A DNA stretch of 63,583 nucleotides, counting the filler, from Welwitschia mirabilis (taxonomy: Eukaryota), in NCBI GenBank assembly GCA_051453625.1. It is 7 parts of one record of this genome, joined end to end, with 100 filler letters (N's around TTAATTAATTAA, not from the genome) between each part and the next. Parts side by side here need not be neighbours in the genome. Positions count along the whole stretch, not along the records: positions 25,929 to 39,624 come from JBOZIK010000001.1; 6 more parts are not named here. One strand, given 5' to 3'. Positions 25,829-39,300 of the stretch are shown one piece after another (positions within the stretch are counted from its first letter, which is position 1; each line of letters begins with the position of its first letter). Made by a program: the position numbers and the translations under genes. Below the pieces are notes generated by a model. It had not been told where the DNA came from, did no database searches, and was given only the letters and a program-made list of their open reading frames with translations.

Positions 25829-26111
25829 NNNNNNNNNNNNNNNNNNNNNNNNNNNNNNNNNNNNNNNNNNNNTTAATTAATTAANNNNNNNNNNNNNNNN
25901 NNNNNNNNNNNNNNNNNNNNNNNNNNNNTGAGAACTGTGAAAATATCACAGCCCCCAGTATGGCCTAGGCAAGAATAGGTATTTTGGTAAGATACTTTAA
26001 GAATCAAGACAACAAGGAAAAGTTCAAGATTTTTAAGAAATCCAAGACATTCACAAAAAGTGAACTCATGGTTATGAACAAAAATATCAAATATAATATA
26101 TATAATCATTA

Positions 26112-26256
26112 TTAACTTCACGGCCTTATTCGGCGATCTATGAAGCTCACTGCCTCATTCGGCGATCTGTGATTCTCATATGATATTTAACTTCACTACC
26201 TCATTTAGCGATCTATGAAGCCCACTGCCTCATTCAATGATCTGTGGTACTCATAT
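26112..26256 (+). repeat. Two ~75 bp units, each with two ~29 bp subrepeats (cactgcctcattcggcgatct), typical of gypsy LTR interiors
   Basis: Four copies of cac(t/g)(g/a)cct(c/t)att..(c/t)gatct(a/g)tg are visible. Confidence 0.75.
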
Positions 26257-26697
26257 GCATATATNNNNNNNNNNNNNNNNNNNNNNNNNNNNNNNNNNNN
26301 NNNNNNNNNNNNNNNNNNNNNNNNNNNNNNNNNNNNNNNNNNNNNNNNNNNNNNNNNNNNNNNNNNNNNNNNNNNNNNNNNNNNNNNNNNNNNNNNNNNN
26401 NNNNNNNNNNNNNNNNNNNNNNNNNNNNNNNNNNNNNNNNNNNNNNNNNNNNNNNNNNNNNNNNNNNNNNNNNNNNNNNNNNNNNNNNNNNNNNNNNNNN
26501 NNNNNNNNNNNNNNNNNNNNNNNNNNNNNNNNNNNNNNNNNNNNNNNNNNNNNNNNNNNNNNNNNNNNNNNNNNNNNNNNNNNNNNNNNNNNNNNNNNNN
26601 NNNNNNNNNNNNNNNNNNNNNNNNNNNNNNNNNNNNNNNNNNNNNNNNNNNNNNNNNNNNNNNNNNNNNNNNNNNNNNNNNNNNNNNNNNNNNNNNN

Positions 26698-28407
26698 CAT
26701 ATCAACAGTTCAGTTACACTTAGAAGATAGGTCAAGGCATGAAGATAGGTAAAGCACGGAGAGACATGATTTAAGAGGAAAAGGATAGAATTTTGAAAAA
26801 AGGAGGAAAACAAATAGGGAGAGATTACAAAGTAAATAGGGGAATAACAAGGAAGAAGAACTTCTAAAAAAAAGGAGCATCACCACTAACAAAGAAGGCA
26901 ATATTACCTACTTCTTTTACAAAAATTTTATTCACAATAATTATTGTTTCAAGAAAATAACAAAGGACGCCTTCATAAAATGCTCTTAAGGCAACATTAC
27001 CTACTTTTTGAATTTTGAAAATATCTTAATTAGTTTTTGAGCACCTTGAATGGGGGTATTCAGTAGGCAAATAGAGGAAGTTCTAGAATGACACTAGAAA
27101 ATCATAAGGAAAAAGTACAAAAACCACAGGATTAAAGTTGAATATGAAATTATGTTACAATTAATTGAAGCAATATAGTATAGGTTAAGCAGGTTTATTA
27201 TAGTATTAGTACATTTTGGTTCAGCAACTAATTTTAATAGGTAGAATTATGAGAGATTCAATAAAAACATGCAAGACATTAAACATGGAGATGTTGGTGT
27301 AAAGAATAAGAAGATGTCTGTTTGTGTTTATGCTATCATATTGGTAATGCACTTCATATGAAAATTTCTATGCTACTTGCAAATGATTAAACTATATTCA
27401 GACTGGGTAAAGTATGACTTAAATGTAAATACCTAAAAGGTTTTACTTATTTGATCAGATTGCAAATAGGATAAATGCTAGGCTTTTGATAACAAAGTGG
27501 TTTAAAGGAATGTTTTGATAGCTTTTGTAGCTTATTTTCATTATTTTCTTACTAATCGGTCATTGTCTATAGAAGTTAGGTTGTGGAAATGTTAAGGTAT
27601 AAGTGCTAAATGTTTAACTATTTTCAGGAAATTTTAACTATTAAGCTATAAGGCACCAAGTGAAGCTAATATATGGATCTAAACACTGAGGTTCTAAAAG
27701 ATTGATGATAAAAATTTGTATTTTTGATGTTTTAATTTATAAAATATTTAGAATTTACATGCTATTTGACCATTACAAATCAAATTTGATACTATTGTTT
27801 CATGAGAGTTGATAGTGGATTATTGTTGTGTTTTTGTTATTGGAGATGGAATGCTAGTACTTTGGGTTCTATATACAAAAGTACTAGCCTCTATTGTTTT
27901 GTAATTGTAATTCACATTAATCTCCATCAAGTGTTACTTAGTGTGAAGTGCATCATAGAAGAATGAATGATCACTTATCTTGTTCCTAAAATCTTATGGA
28001 TTAAGACNNNNNNNNNNTATCTTATGTCCAAAGTGCTCTTGAACTAATATGTTCATAAAACCAATCATGCAAAAAAGGTTGGCCTTCCATGTCCATTTAT
28101 GATTCAAGTTAGAGCTAAAATATTATGTTTGTCTAATTATAGGATTTTATTTGCATTTGGAATTATATAGAATTTGGAAGCTATAAAATAAAATTATAAT
28201 ATGCATATTTTCAGTTTGTCCAACTCTCAGTTTTTTCTTTCCTTAATTTACATTTTCTTAAGTTGAATACTGTCCCATTTATTATTTCAAGGATGTGTAC
28301 CTACACATTAGAAACGTAACATCGTCTAAGCATACTAACCCTAAAAAGTATTTTCTAAATTTTTTCTTAGTCTTTATCAATATCATATATGTTTATTAGT
28401 TATGTTA
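26698..28407 (+). repeat. ~1.7 kb direct repeat, copy 1
   Basis: Colinear with 31036-32700, from catatcaa..gttacacttagaagatagg to atcatatatgtttattagtta. Confidence 0.92.
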
Positions 28408-30547
28408 NNNNNNNNNNNNNNNNNNNNNNNNNNNNNNNNNNNNNNNNNNNNNNNNNNNNNNNNNNNNNNNNNNNNNNNNNNNNNNNNNNNNNNNNNNNNN
28501 NNNNNNNCATTAATCTTGAAATCAGGCAAGGATTTTAGTGTTTAAGCTTCATGTAGGAACTTATAGTTAGGAAAGAAGATTTCTTAAAACTAATGAAAAA
28601 TCACTGCAATAGGAATTCACTAGAAGACAATCTAATAAATAGATAAAAGGCTTTGTGAGTTTGCAAAGTTAAAGGAATTTCTTTCTCTTTTAATAACTTA
28701 TTTTATAGATTAGGAATCTAAATTACCAGATTGATTTTGATGTTAAGCAAAATAAAGTACTGATTATAAACTACTCTGTTGCTTTACATAGTCTCCTAAG
28801 CAAACTAGACAGAGTTCATGGTTTCTTGGGGTTTTTTTATTTTTTGCAAAAACTGAACCTGGTCACAATTACTATAATGGAAGTTGAAAGTAATTAAAAT
28901 GTTCCCTCCATGGGGAGGAGGTTCTTGTAGTTTTTATTGATGTGTTCATTGTAGTTCCTATTGAAATCCTCTTTGAAATAGTAACTTTAATGCTAGAGGC
29001 ATGTTGTTCATGAACATCATGGATTTTAATAAAATATTTTTAGATGCCTTTACACAATTCAAGTTGGCTATAATTGCATTACAGTATTATCACCCTCTTC
29101 AACCTTCAGGAGATTTGGATCTTTATTTTTGCAAATAAAGGATTCTTTACTCTGTTTAGAAAGAGCAAAATTTAAAGATGAAAGATTTGCGTTTACTTTA
29201 GATTCACATGATCTAAAAGATTACTATTAATTTTGAAAGTATTATTTAATTGTAAAAGATTTTTTGATGTTATGACATAATCCATATTTGTGTCTTTAAG
29301 ATGCCACTCACTTTGTGCATTTTTAGAACACACATAATCCTTGAAACCTAGATTATGGTCCTTAAGAGGATTACTTAAAAAACCAATAGAAGCCTTATAT
29401 GCCTATTGCTCATCCAAATCATTTCTTTCATATTCTTTAGGTGTAAATGTCCTTGCATATCATTCTTATTAAGTATAAAAAGCTTTGAGCTACTTCTTAT
29501 TACAACATTTAATGGTGTTTTTCATTGTGAATTTCATCATCATTTTTGGGTTTGGTGTTGAGGAGTTTTTCTATTGTGTAAGTGAAAGACTAGTTAACCT
29601 GCAAAGGGTTAAGAAATTTTTTTCATTTTTTTAAGCTATTAAGTTAATACATCTACCTATAATCTTTAGGTCTACATCTCCTTGCAATCTTAAGGTCTTT
29701 TACCCAAGCTATCATTTCCTTTATAGACTAAATATAGCCTGACCATATTCACTAGTAACAAAATTGGAATGATAATAAGGAATTCCATTTCTAAAGGTTT
29801 AAATGAATATAAATTTATAGCTACTTGATAAATTCAAGTCCACTCAAGATAATTGAAAAAAGGGTAGTTATCCCTTATCCATCACTAATTTTTCTACATG
29901 AAATTAGGTATTTAGAAAATCATAATTAGAAAGCACAATAAAAAATGGTAAGTTAATATGTAAATACAAGTCCAAGAACCTACACAAAAATTATTTGTCT
30001 CTCTTTGGTAAATAGTCCACATGAAATATTAATCCAACCAGTGACAGACAATGACAAAAAAGATATATAAAATGAAAAGCATGCTTACTAAAGCCATCAA
30101 AATCTTAATTTATTTTCACAAGTCATTCAGATCTAAGCAAATTAATGACCTTTCCAAAAAAATGTAAGAAGATCATCAATTCTTTCTAATAATCCTAAGT
30201 CTACTAAATTTCAAAATAAAATAGTAGGAGAAATAGGTGTGAGTGGATTAGGAAATTAATATTGTGCCTTTTATACTAGCTATTAAACATTGCTTTTAAA
30301 TAAAAATTAGAAGCAATACAAAGATGATTTAGTTTTTGTTGTATCTTTGGGCATGTATCATGGTCCTCCCAAAAGCGCTATTCTATACAAGCACATTTAT
30401 AAGTTTGAGAAGATAAAATAATGTTAGAAATCACATGTAAATAGATCTTGATATCTTCATTCTTACATGAAATAATAGACCTTTTTTCCAATGCAACTAA
30501 CTTTTCAATTTAAACTATTAATTAACTCATCTTTGGATATGATCAAT

Positions 30548-30856
30548 TCATCTCTCGTGTAATTTATCTTTCTTGCTTATTATAATAGTGGTAATCCTTG
30601 ATTTATCAATCTTTCTGATACCTAAATTCAAGGTGTCTACTAAATAGATGTCGTTAGCAGTAGAATTAAATATTAGTATTTCATTAGTTGAAGAAAGTTG
30701 AATAGCATGAGGTTTGATTTTCACTTTATTTTCTTCAAGTATTATTTCTACTACATAGCCTTTCTTAAACTCTAGTATGTTTTTATCTAATTTTGTCAGC
30801 TTTAATTTTGGACTCCATAGCCACTTGATCATAGATGTAAAGGTATTTGTAATCAA
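30548..30856 (-). pseudogene. Fragment of a plant NHL-repeat domain-containing protein gene (internally deleted)
   Basis: SMIKWLWS..ILEFKKGYVVEIILEENKVKIKPHAIQLSSTNEILIFNS and DIYLVDTLNLGIRKIDKSRITTI match, from memory, plant NHL proteins (LxKWLWS..xFExGYxVETVxxG..IxPYxVxVSxxGELLxLDS; NIYVADTxNxAIRKIxDxGVTTI). Confidence 0.75.
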
Positions 30857-31035
30857 ACTTAGGCAACAATGGATTTAGTCTTTTGTAATCCCATTTTAGT
30901 TTAAAGCTTTTTCACAAAATCAGGAATGGTGTATTTGAGGTGTTAGTAAACCATAATAATCCATTAGTATAGGTGATTATGTAGGGTCTTATTGGGTTTC
31001 CATCCCTAAATGTTGTATTTACTCAATCTCCTATG

Positions 31036-32700
31036 CATATCAAAATTTTAGTTACACTTAGAAGATAGGTAAAGCAAGGAGAGACAATATCTAAGAGGGA
31101 AAGGATAGCCTTTTTTAAAAAAAGAGGAAAACAAATAGGGGAGAGGTTACAAAGTTAATAGGAAAAGAACAGGGAAGAAGCACTTCTAGAAAAAAGGAGC
31201 ATCACCACTAATAAAGGAGGCAACATTACCTACTTCTTTCACAAAAATTTTATTCACAATAATTATTTTTTCAAGAAACTAACAAAGGAGGCCTTTATAG
31301 AATACTTTTAAGGCAACATTACCTGCTTCTTAAATTTTAAAAGTGCCTTGATTAGTTTTTGAGAACCTTGAATGGGGGTATTTAGTAGGAAAACAGAGGA
31401 AGTTCTAAAATGATACTGGAAAATCATAAGGCAAAAGTATAAAAATCACAAGATTAAAGTTGGATCTGAAATTATGTTGCAATGCATTAAAGCAGTATGG
31501 TATAGGTTAAGTAGGTTTTTTGTAGTTTCAGTGTCTTTTGGTTTAGAAACTAATTTTGATAGGTAGAATTATGAGAGATTCAATAGAAACATGCAAGATA
31601 GTAAACATGGAGATGTTGGTGTAAAGACTAAAAAGATGTCTCTTTGTATTTATGCTATCACCGTGCTAATGCACTTCATGTGAAAATTTCTATGCTACTT
31701 GAAAATGGCTAAACTGAGAATTTAGACTGGGTAAAGTATGACTTAAATGTAAATAGCTAAAATATTTACTTATTTGATCATATTGCAAATAGGATAAATG
31801 CTAGGCCTTTGCTGACAAAGTGGTTTAAAGGAATGTTTTGATAGCATTTGTAGCTTGTTGACTTTCTTTGCTTGCTAATTGGTAATTGTCAATAAAAGTT
31901 AAGTTATGGGGATGTTAAGGTATAAGTGCTAAATGTTCTACTATTTTCACAAAATTTTTACTATTAAGCTATAAGGCCCCAAATGAAGCTAATATATGGA
32001 TCCAGACACTCAAGCTTTACAATCTTGATGATCAAACTTTGTATTCTTGGTGTTTTAATTTATAAAATATTTAGAATTTGGATGTTATTTGACTATTACA
32101 AATCAAGTTTGACACTATTATTTCATGAGAGTTGATAGTGGATTATTGTTATGTTTTTATTATTGAAGATGGAATGCTAGAACTTTGGGTTTTGTATACA
32201 AAAGTACTAGCATCTGTTGTTTTGTAATTTCAATTCACATTGATCTCCATCAAGTGTTACTTAGTGTGAAGTACATCATAGAAGAAGGAATGATCATGTA
32301 TCTTGTTCTTAAAATCTAATGGATTAAGAACACTAATATCCTATGTTCAAAGTGCTCTTGAACTAATATGTTCATAAAACCAATCATGTAAAAAAGGTTG
32401 GCCTTCCATCTCCATTTGGAATTTAAGTTAGAGATAAAATATTATGTTTGTCTAATTATAAGATTTTATTTGCATTTAAAATTATATAGAATTTGGAAGC
32501 TTCAAAATAAAAATATAGTGTGAGTTTTTCTTCCCTTGAATTACATTTTCTTAAATTGAATAGTATCCCATTTATTATTCCAAGGATGTGTACCTACACA
32601 TCAGAAACTTAACATCATCTAAGCATACTAACCTTGAAAAGTATTTTCTAAATGTTTTGTTAGTCTCTATCAATATCATATATGTTTATTAGTTAGGTTA
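31036..32700 (+). repeat. ~1.7 kb direct repeat, copy 2
   Basis: Colinear with 26698-28407; roughly 10% diverged by eye. Confidence 0.92.
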
Positions 32701-33179
32701 TTTTCATATAGGTCATGCTTGTGCACATAACGTATATAGGATAAGATGTTAGCTTACATGTCTCTCATCTCCCTCATAGGTGAATTGTTGCATATATTAG
32801 TATTATAAAACCTTTTTAAATATTATCATGGAAAATCTGTTGTCTCTAACTATTCACTCTAACATAGTAGACTTGCATATCTTACAATCTCAAAATCTTA
32901 AAATAGCATGAAATAAATAGGATACATGAATGTTTGAAAACCTAAGTGAAGTAGAAACATGTGAACGAAGTGGCAAGGCATAAGTGAAGCAGCAATGTGC
33001 AAGTGGAGTGGCAAGGCGTGAGCAAAGTGGCAAAGCACGAGTGGAGTGACAATTGTTAATGTCATCAAGTTGAGAGCACACAATGCATGCTATGAGTTAG
33101 GTTTATTATTGACAATGCATGCATAGCCTTTTTTTTCCTCTCTTCTTTTAAATAATCTTAGCTTTTATGATGTTTATCC

Positions 33180-33440
33180 TATTAAATGCCTTAAAAGCTA
33201 GGATCTTTTATGACATTTATTCAGTTAACTGCCTCAAAAGAGTGCAAAGATTTAACATGTTGATTTATAAACATCTTAAAAACATTTGATGTGGGCTTCT
33301 AAGGAATTTATTTAGAAAACTCTATAAAAGATTTAGATATTTTGTTTTTAAGGCTTTTATTAAAATGAACACCTTAAAATACCCTATAACTATGGTATTT
33401 ATTTAAATAAATGCCTTAAAAGCCTCTATTTCTTGTAATG
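33180..33440. mobile_element. Right terminus of a CACTA (En/Spm) element: subterminal repeats plus TIR
   Basis: atttcttgtaatg (33428-33440) is the reverse complement of CACTACAAGAAAT with one mismatch. It is preceded by aaatgccttaaaa/aacaccttaaaa/ttttaaggc repeats shared with the 36332 element. Confidence 0.8.
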
Positions 33441-34303
33441 GCAAACTAGTGTAATCTAGTCCATTATAGACATGAGGGTGATATAACCAAGCCACTTAGC
33501 CCTCATAATAAGAATAAAATAAGCATGAAAATTAGAAGCATTCTAAGATCGACCAAATAAAAATTCACATTATGTAAGCTAGAATGAAAAGAAGAATTAC
33601 CAAATAGATCTCAATGTACAATCATATCTCAATCAATCCTAGATGTAAAATTTATAACATTTACAACATGATATCAAACTAATGCACCAAGAACATATAA
33701 CACTTTTTTATCTAAAAACTAAAAGCATATAATGTAAAAATATCCTCATATTAAACTAAAAAGCATCATGCTTTGCTTGATAGCTAGCCCATTCCTATGG
33801 GAGGCTTAAAAATTTTCATGACTAAATCTCCAATTTCCTTTATAACTATTTGATATTAAGTGATATCTTCTAAGTGAGAAGAAGTGGGATACTTATATGC
33901 TAGAATTAGGGTTTATAATTAGGATTTTAAAGGCCTAATAAGTTCATTCTAAAGAATTCACAAAGTACATAAAATTATTCTTTAGTCATTGGATCAAATT
34001 CAGGGGATTCTCTTTCTGATAATTTTTGGTACATAATTTGATGACCATCACCATTATAAACAATAACTAGTGCCACCAATATTTTTTATTTGGTTCATAC
34101 TTATCTTTTGATATATGATTCTTCATGTTATTATAGACTTGAAAATATTATCTACTAGAGTGTAAAATTAGGTTTTTTTGATTAAAAAGATATAAATTAA
34201 GTAAAGATAATTAAATCTAGGAATTTAGCAACTATACTATGCTAGAGTAACATTAATTACTTAAAATGGATGTCATTTTTTATGTGTTACTATACCTCCC
34301 AAC
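33441..34303 (-). mobile_element. Athila-like 3' LTR (truncated at the CACTA end) with polypurine tract
   Basis: Homologous to ~46400-47303. The minus strand reads PPT-like GGGAGG then tagtaacacataaaa (cf. TGATAACACATAAAA at 47303). Confidence 0.65.
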
Positions 34304-36331
34304 TAACCTTTTACTCATCTCCTGGAAAAAAGTATGATAAAGTTGAATATCATGGACAAATACAAGTGAAAATCACTCAAGTAATAAGAAAGTATGATAA
34401 GAAAATTTTGAGAAAACTTTGATCATTTTATTCTAAAATTACACTTAAGTAAAAGAATAGACCATGAATGATAGGTAATTAAGTGCAAATGCCACTCCCC
34501 TCAACTCAAGTTAAAATTTATCATAAAATTTCAAAAGATAATAAAAAGTAAAAGTAAAAATAATAAGAAACAAATGATGCATGTTGTAATGAAGTTTACA
34601 AGGAGATAAGAAGGAAATTTACTAAAAAAAGAAGTACATGCAAGAAATAAAAAAAATAAAAACAAGGCCATCTATATCTAAAAATACATGAAAAAATGGT
34701 GAAAGTGAAAAGGGATTTTATGATAAAATGCCAAATGATGAGGTTCCACAAATGACTGCTTATAAGTGAAAGTGATAGAGAGAGAAAAACATAAAAATTA
34801 AAAAAAAAAAAGAAAAGGTAAAAAATGAAGAAAATGATAAAAAGGAAGTTAATAAAGAAAGCATCCAAATGAACTAGAAATGTATGATTATCAAGTCACA
34901 ATCTGATTATATGAAATATTATGATTCACTAGTGACCTAAGATAATTATGAACTTAAATAAGAACACATGTGTAAAGGTCAAAGACAAATAGAGAAAAAG
35001 TAATGGTAGCATTGGTTAGGGCTCACAGAAATTCTAACTTTCTCAACTAGATGCTTTTGAGTTTAAAACAGTAAATAAGAAAGAATGGAAAAGTTATGAA
35101 AAAATAAAATCTAAGGTGATGAAATGAGAAAAAGGCTTAGAGTAAACAAAAATTAGATAAAATTGGAGGCCAATGTTCATTTAATCTAAATGAAAATCTA
35201 GACTAATTTGGTCATAGCATGACTTACGAAAGAAGATATCTCATCAAAATAAACATAGATATAACTTTTGATATGCTTTCTCATAAAGATAAAAGGATAA
35301 ATGCATGTGGTGTGGAATGGTAAAATGAACATGAATAAAGTGGGTGAATGAGAATGAAAATACAACTAAAATTCTATCATCCATACCCTAAATGAATGAG
35401 ATATGAAAGTAAGATAATAGCCTAGAATTTTTTTTTACTTATGAATCTAAATCAAAATAAGATAAGGTATTAAAGTAAACCCATGAAAATCAATAGTACT
35501 AAAATGATCTTGAGTAAGAAATGTTAAAACACGAAAAAAAAACAAATCATAAGAAGTCTCTAATCTAAACTTAAGTTCTTTTCTTTCCCTTCTTCTTCTT
35601 GGGCATCCAAGTTTTAATCATTCCATCTCATTAAGCATTCAATGTTGTGATACTTCTAAAATATTTAACATGTTGTACACAAAGGATTTGATGCTATATT
35701 GCCATAATCATCTATTGTCGTGATGTAAATAGATATGTTACAAATGAATTTTTAGAGTTGCATTGCAAGCAAGCGTCCATAACCATTATGCAACTAACTA
35801 AATCTAATAGAAATGATTATAAAGATGTGCTAAAAGAGCTTTAATATTTTTCTTGATTTACTTTGCTCTTTATTATTTTTTTCTTTTTATATTTATAGCA
35901 CATGAAATGGCTTATTGGTTTATTAGGCTAATAGAGAAATGCTCTCCTCATGAATGATTTGAAATAAAGAAACACCATAAAAGAAGAAAATCCATCATTC
36001 TCCCTTTATTCCAAATTAAAGACATCAAATAAGTAAGAATTCAAAGACAAAGATGAATTTCTCTAGAAAAATAATGATTCACCTAATCTCAATTAAAACC
36101 ATGGAATGACAAAGATCTCTTATTCTTATTTATATGAAAAAGCCACTACCTAGGATTAGTAAGTTTGATAAACTTATAGTAAGATGGAAGAGATGGATGA
36201 TGGATGAGCCTTATGAAATCATGCCACAATGGAAGAGGTGGATGATAATTTTTAAGATAGTAATTTATTATTATATAATATGGATGAAATTTGACATTAC
36301 TAATGTAAAAGAGCTTAAGGCAATGATTATA

Positions 36332-39300
36332 CACTACAAGAAATATAGGATTTTAAGGCATCTCTAAACTAACTTAAAAGACCTTAAAAAACACCTTAAA
36401 TGGTTTTAAGGCATTTGTTCATAAAATGCCTTAGGTGTTTTTATTAAAATTCCTTTAAAAAAATAAAGAAAAAGGATTATTAAGGCATTTTTATTTAGTG
36501 AAGTACCTCAAAAATGTTTTTAGGGGTTTTCATAGAAAAATGCCTTAAATGATCTTTTAAAGCATTTTATTAAATAAANNNNNNNNNNNNNNNNNNNNNN
36601 NNNNNNNNNNNNNNNNNNNNNNNNNNNNNNNNNNNNNNNNNNNNNNNNNNNNNNNNNNNNNNNNNNNNNNNNNNNNNNTCATATGATCTTTTAAAGCATT
36701 TTATTAAATAAACAGTTTAAATGGTCTTTTAAGGCATTTTATGAAATCAACACCTCGAAAGGTTAACTATGATCCAAAAAAATTACAAAAGATCATTTGA
36801 GGCATACAATTGATTCTACTTTCTTATCATGATTTTTAGTAAAGTAATTTGAGACAACTTGACAACCAAGTTACTTAGCAAATCAAGTTAAATCAAAAAT
36901 TATTAATTGATTTTACTAATGAAAGCATTAAAGAAATATAATTAATAGAATTAATAGCATTGTAGACATNNNNNNNNNNNNNNNNNNNNNNNNNNNNNNN
37001 NNNNNNNNNNNNNNNNNNNNNNNNNNNNNNNNNNNNNNNNNNNNNNNNNNNNNNNNNNNNNNNNNNNNNAACCAAGTTAAATCAGAAATTATTAATTAAT
37101 TTTACTAATGAAAGCACTAAAGAAATGCAATAAATAGCATTAATAGCATTTCAGAAATTTGTCGTTGAACTTATATTTATTATTTTTTAACTTCACAAGA
37201 AATAATCCCTGAATATTGAAGGATGCAACATCAAAAACGAAATCAAAATAGTGTAGATTTATTATTTCTTTCAAAGGCTTTCAGCAAAGGAATCAAACTA
37301 AATATCATTTTCTAGTGTTTTGTAGCAAAATGATTAAATATTATCTCTAATGTTAATTGGCCAAGGCTATATTTAACTATGCCCACATTTTCTCTATTCC
37401 TTTCAATGTACCCAAAGATATCTGCAAGTGATGCTTTCTTCTAATATAAAAACTTATAGCTAAGATTGTATCCACTGATTCTTAAAATGTTAACTTAGAA
37501 AAAGATGAAAATACAAAAGAATCTATTCTAGTNNNNNNNNNNNNNNNNNNNNNNNNNNNNNNNNNNNNNNNNNNNNNNNNNNNNNNNNNNNNNNNNNNNN
37601 NNNNNNNNNNNNNNNNNNNNNNNNNNNNNNNNNNNNNNNNNNNNNNNNNNNNNNNNNNNNNNNNNNNNNNNNNNNNNNNNNNNNNNNNNNNNNNNNNNNN
37701 NNNNNNNNNNNNNNNNNNNNNNNNNNNNNNNNNNNNNNNNNNNNNNNNNNNNNNNNNNNNNNNNNNNNNNNNNNNNNNNNNNNNNNNNNNNNNNNNNNNN
37801 NNNNNNNNNNNNNNNNNNNNNNNNNNNNNNNNNNNNNNNNNNNNNNNNNNNNNNNNNNNNNNNNNNNNNNNGGGTTTAACCTCAAGCTCTAGATAGTTGG
37901 AAAAAGATGTTTTCAAATGTTGAGGGATTCTAAGACATCACAAATGTCCTTGAATCATAATTCCAATGCATGTACAAAGTGCTTGAGCTTTGTTCATGTT
38001 ATTCTTCAATCATGGAAGGTATACTTGACATGGTTTTTAATAATTGGAGATGGAAGATATTGCAAGGTAGAGTGACTTTGAATTTGCATGGGAATTGAGT
38101 GTCTGGATTCATGATTACCAATTACTGTTATTAAAAGTAGATATAAGAGGAACCCCTCTTATAGTGCAAGAAGTAGAGAGTGTCATACAGAGATTATAAA
38201 AATTGATTTTCCATGCAAAGGACCTCAAAATGGATAACTAATTATAAAGTTCAGAGAAATATGAATGAGAGAAAAAGGTNNNNNNNNNNNNNNNNNNNNN
38301 NNNNNNNNNNNNNNNNNNNNNNNNNNNNNNNNNNNNNNNNNNNNNNNNNNNNNNNNNNNNNNNNNNNNNNNNNNNNNNNNNNNNNNNNNNNNNTTGTGTC
38401 TCACATACTTACAAATCCAATGAACTTTACAATGATGCAAGCATGGTTTTGGAATAGATGGATAATAGTACTGCGATTTAACCATCTAAAAGAATGAAGT
38501 AGTTCCACCATCAAGAAAAACATGATATGACATCTACATTTTATTCTTTTGTAAATGTGATCAAGAAGAAATATTTGAAACATTTACTATGTGCTTTAAT
38601 CCATTATGAAACTATTCCATGCATTAAAGGAGAAAGAGACATAAATCGAAATGGAATTCAGATACTCAATAGTAGGTGTAATGAATACTTTATGCTTCTC
38701 TAGTTAAATCAAGAAATGAGAATATTAAAAAAGTTTAAATTATGGATCTGATCTAGTCTTTTACATGCCCCTAAGAAAACAAATAAGTCCATTAAAAACT
38801 AGGAGGAACAGGGTCTGTTTGATTAACAGTTCACCTGTGGTCCATCTCCAGTGATAAAGATACTTACTTAATCTAGGAAGATGATGCTCTATTTGAGTCT
38901 ATAGCTTACAAAGTTAGAAGAACATGAAGTTTCTTTCATTTTCTAATATGGTATTTGAACTTTTCAAATACATCATACATAAGGCTCTATAATGTATAGC
39001 TTGAGAATTCTAAAATAAATAGAAGATCATAAAAAGAATAATAGCAAATTGATCTATGCTTAGAGCCTAATTCAAATCATGATATGGATTTAGTGGCTTG
39101 CACATGAGATTCAATCATCATTCTTTTAGAAAATGGCTTAGTTTGCAAAAGAAATAATAGCTAGAAAGCCCTTGATATAGAATTTTCTTATGTTATGCTT
39201 TAGTGGAATTTGAAAAATATAATAAGCCAATGTGAGATGACTAGCGAATTAAATCAACTAGACACCACTCCACTGCCACTTCAAGACTCTCTTAAAGGCC

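Noticed and set aside
36134..36367. 77-aa ORF with repeated WKRWM
   Set aside because: Caused by a short local duplication (atggaagag.tggatga) and reads through into the CACTA TIR; not a gene.
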